A DNA stretch of 64,000 bases from the human T2T-CHM13v2.0 reference genome, Homo sapiens. The notes beneath the pieces are model-generated. The model was given only the letters and a program-made list of their open reading frames with translations, was not told where the DNA came from and ran no database searches. Positions within the stretch are counted from its first letter, which is position 1. Each line of letters starts with the position of its first letter. Position numbers and translations under genes: made by a program. Positions 61,756 through 64,000 of this stretch are shown in pieces. The DNA is taken from the NCBI RefSeq assembly GCF_009914755.1, contig NC_060925.1; one strand, written 5' to 3'.

Positions 61756-61834
61756 TATTTTTTGAAAGTTTTAATACTTTTATGAAAGTATTTTTATGAA
61801 AGCTTTAATACTTTTATGAAAGTATTTATCCAAG

Positions 61835-62151
61835 TTTTGTTTTGTTTTGTTTGTTTGCTTAATTTTGAGACGGAGTTTCACTCCTGTTGCCCAGGCTGGA
61901 GTGCAGTGGTGCGATCTCAGCTCACTGCAACCCTCCACCTCCCGGGTTCAAGTGATTCTCCTGCCTCAGCCTCCCAAGTAGCTGGGATTACAGGTGCCTG
62001 CCACCAAGCCTGGCTAATTTTTTGTACTTTTAGTAGAGACGGGGTTTCGCCATGTTGGGCAGGCTGGTCTTTAACTCCTGACCTCAGGTGATCCGCTCGC
62101 CTCAGCCTCCCAAAGTGCTGGGATTACAGGCGTGAGCCACCATGCCCAGCC
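61835..62151 (-). mobile_element. AluS, full length
   Basis: Antisense dimer with (TTTG)n tail. Confidence 0.93.
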
Positions 62152-63167
62152 TTATGCAAGGTTTAATAACTTTAGATGTTCACAGTATCTGCCCCTGCTC
62201 TGCGCTACCACCCCTCTTCAATGTCTAAGGACAGATCTGTAAACACATGTGACACACAAATAGAGTGGTCTAAAAGCAGTCCTCAGAATTCTGTAATCCA
62301 AAAAGGAGAGAAATCCTTCTAAGGTGTGAAGCAACTGACAGAAACAAAATGACCAAAGTCAGTTTCACCACATTTAAGCCCAATTCTGAAAAATGCAGGC
62401 AGGCTTCTCCTTTTTAACTACTAGGTGGAGAGGGCACCTCCATGTGGAACATTCGAAGGGCAGAAACAGCTCACCAGGTCAGGAAAGCCAGCAGGCAAAG
62501 TCTGTTGGCAGGAGACCGTTGGCAGGAAGGTGTGGTAGGGAAAGTGCCACCCCACGGGCCTGACCCTCCCGCCTGCCTGCCCTTCCAAAGGCCTCCTCCA
62601 CCTTCAACCAGGTCCCATTTTTCCAGGCCAGAGTCTTAAAGGATGTTTGCTTCCCTTTGCTGGCCTGAGGACAAGGCTAATTTTACTCAACAAAGTAAAA
62701 AGGATGGAAAGAACACACTGAAAAGAACAGGCTGAACAACCACCTGTATGGGTAGAGCCATTTAAAAATCATTCAAACACAGGCACAGAAAACACCTCAA
62801 CAAATGTCTATCAAAGTCTTAGCAGTATCTCAGGGGTAGAATGAAAAGTCGTTAAAGTTGTTAAAGTTCTATGTTATTTAAATAAAATAAGCATTACTTT
62901 TGCAGGCAGAAAGACAATTCGGAGATTAAAATATTTTTAAAGAGAGAAAATAGGAGACCTGCTTTGATTGATTTTTTTAAAACCTTCTACCACGCCTTGC
63001 TCAGCCTCTCAGCCCCCACACCTGGGGTAGAATTTCTTCATCCAAAAAACGGGATAGGGGCTGGGAGAAAGAAATGCCAGTACCCGGACAGCCACTGTGG
63101 GCCGGGCACTGTGCTGGGAGCTTTAGCCACATCGTCCACCCTTCCACTTGGTTGAAGAAGAGTAAAA

Positions 63168-64000
<833 letters not shown>

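Overview
Primate (human-like) genomic DNA, dense in Alu/MIR/L1/L2/DNA-transposon relics and almost entirely intronic. It lies inside CAPZB (F-actin capping protein beta subunit), transcribed from the minus strand. One unambiguous coding exon is present: the 90-nt, phase 0/0 exon at 23162-23251 ([30 protein letters not shown]). About 29 kb upstream, a probable alternative first coding exon (ATG 52411 to donor 52331; MPRQFQDTGFSRPGLGQPRRCDPEPRK) splices in frame to it. The canonical first exon and the downstream exons fall outside the window. Other content: a 3'-truncated 7SL retropseudogene, about 35 Alu copies or fragments (many with readable target-site duplications, TSDs), MER20, two Tigger4/MER46-type and two Tigger7/MER44-type elements, a MADE2, an MLT1 LTR and several palindrome-rich unique segments that look like enhancers. 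Nearly all ORFs in the supplied track are chance or Alu-derived. I see no prokaryote-type or wholly new system. The most interesting hypothesis is an out-of-frame uORF from the alternative exon whose stop overlaps CAPZB Met13 as UAAUG. Repeat subfamily calls are by eye and boundaries are approximate.
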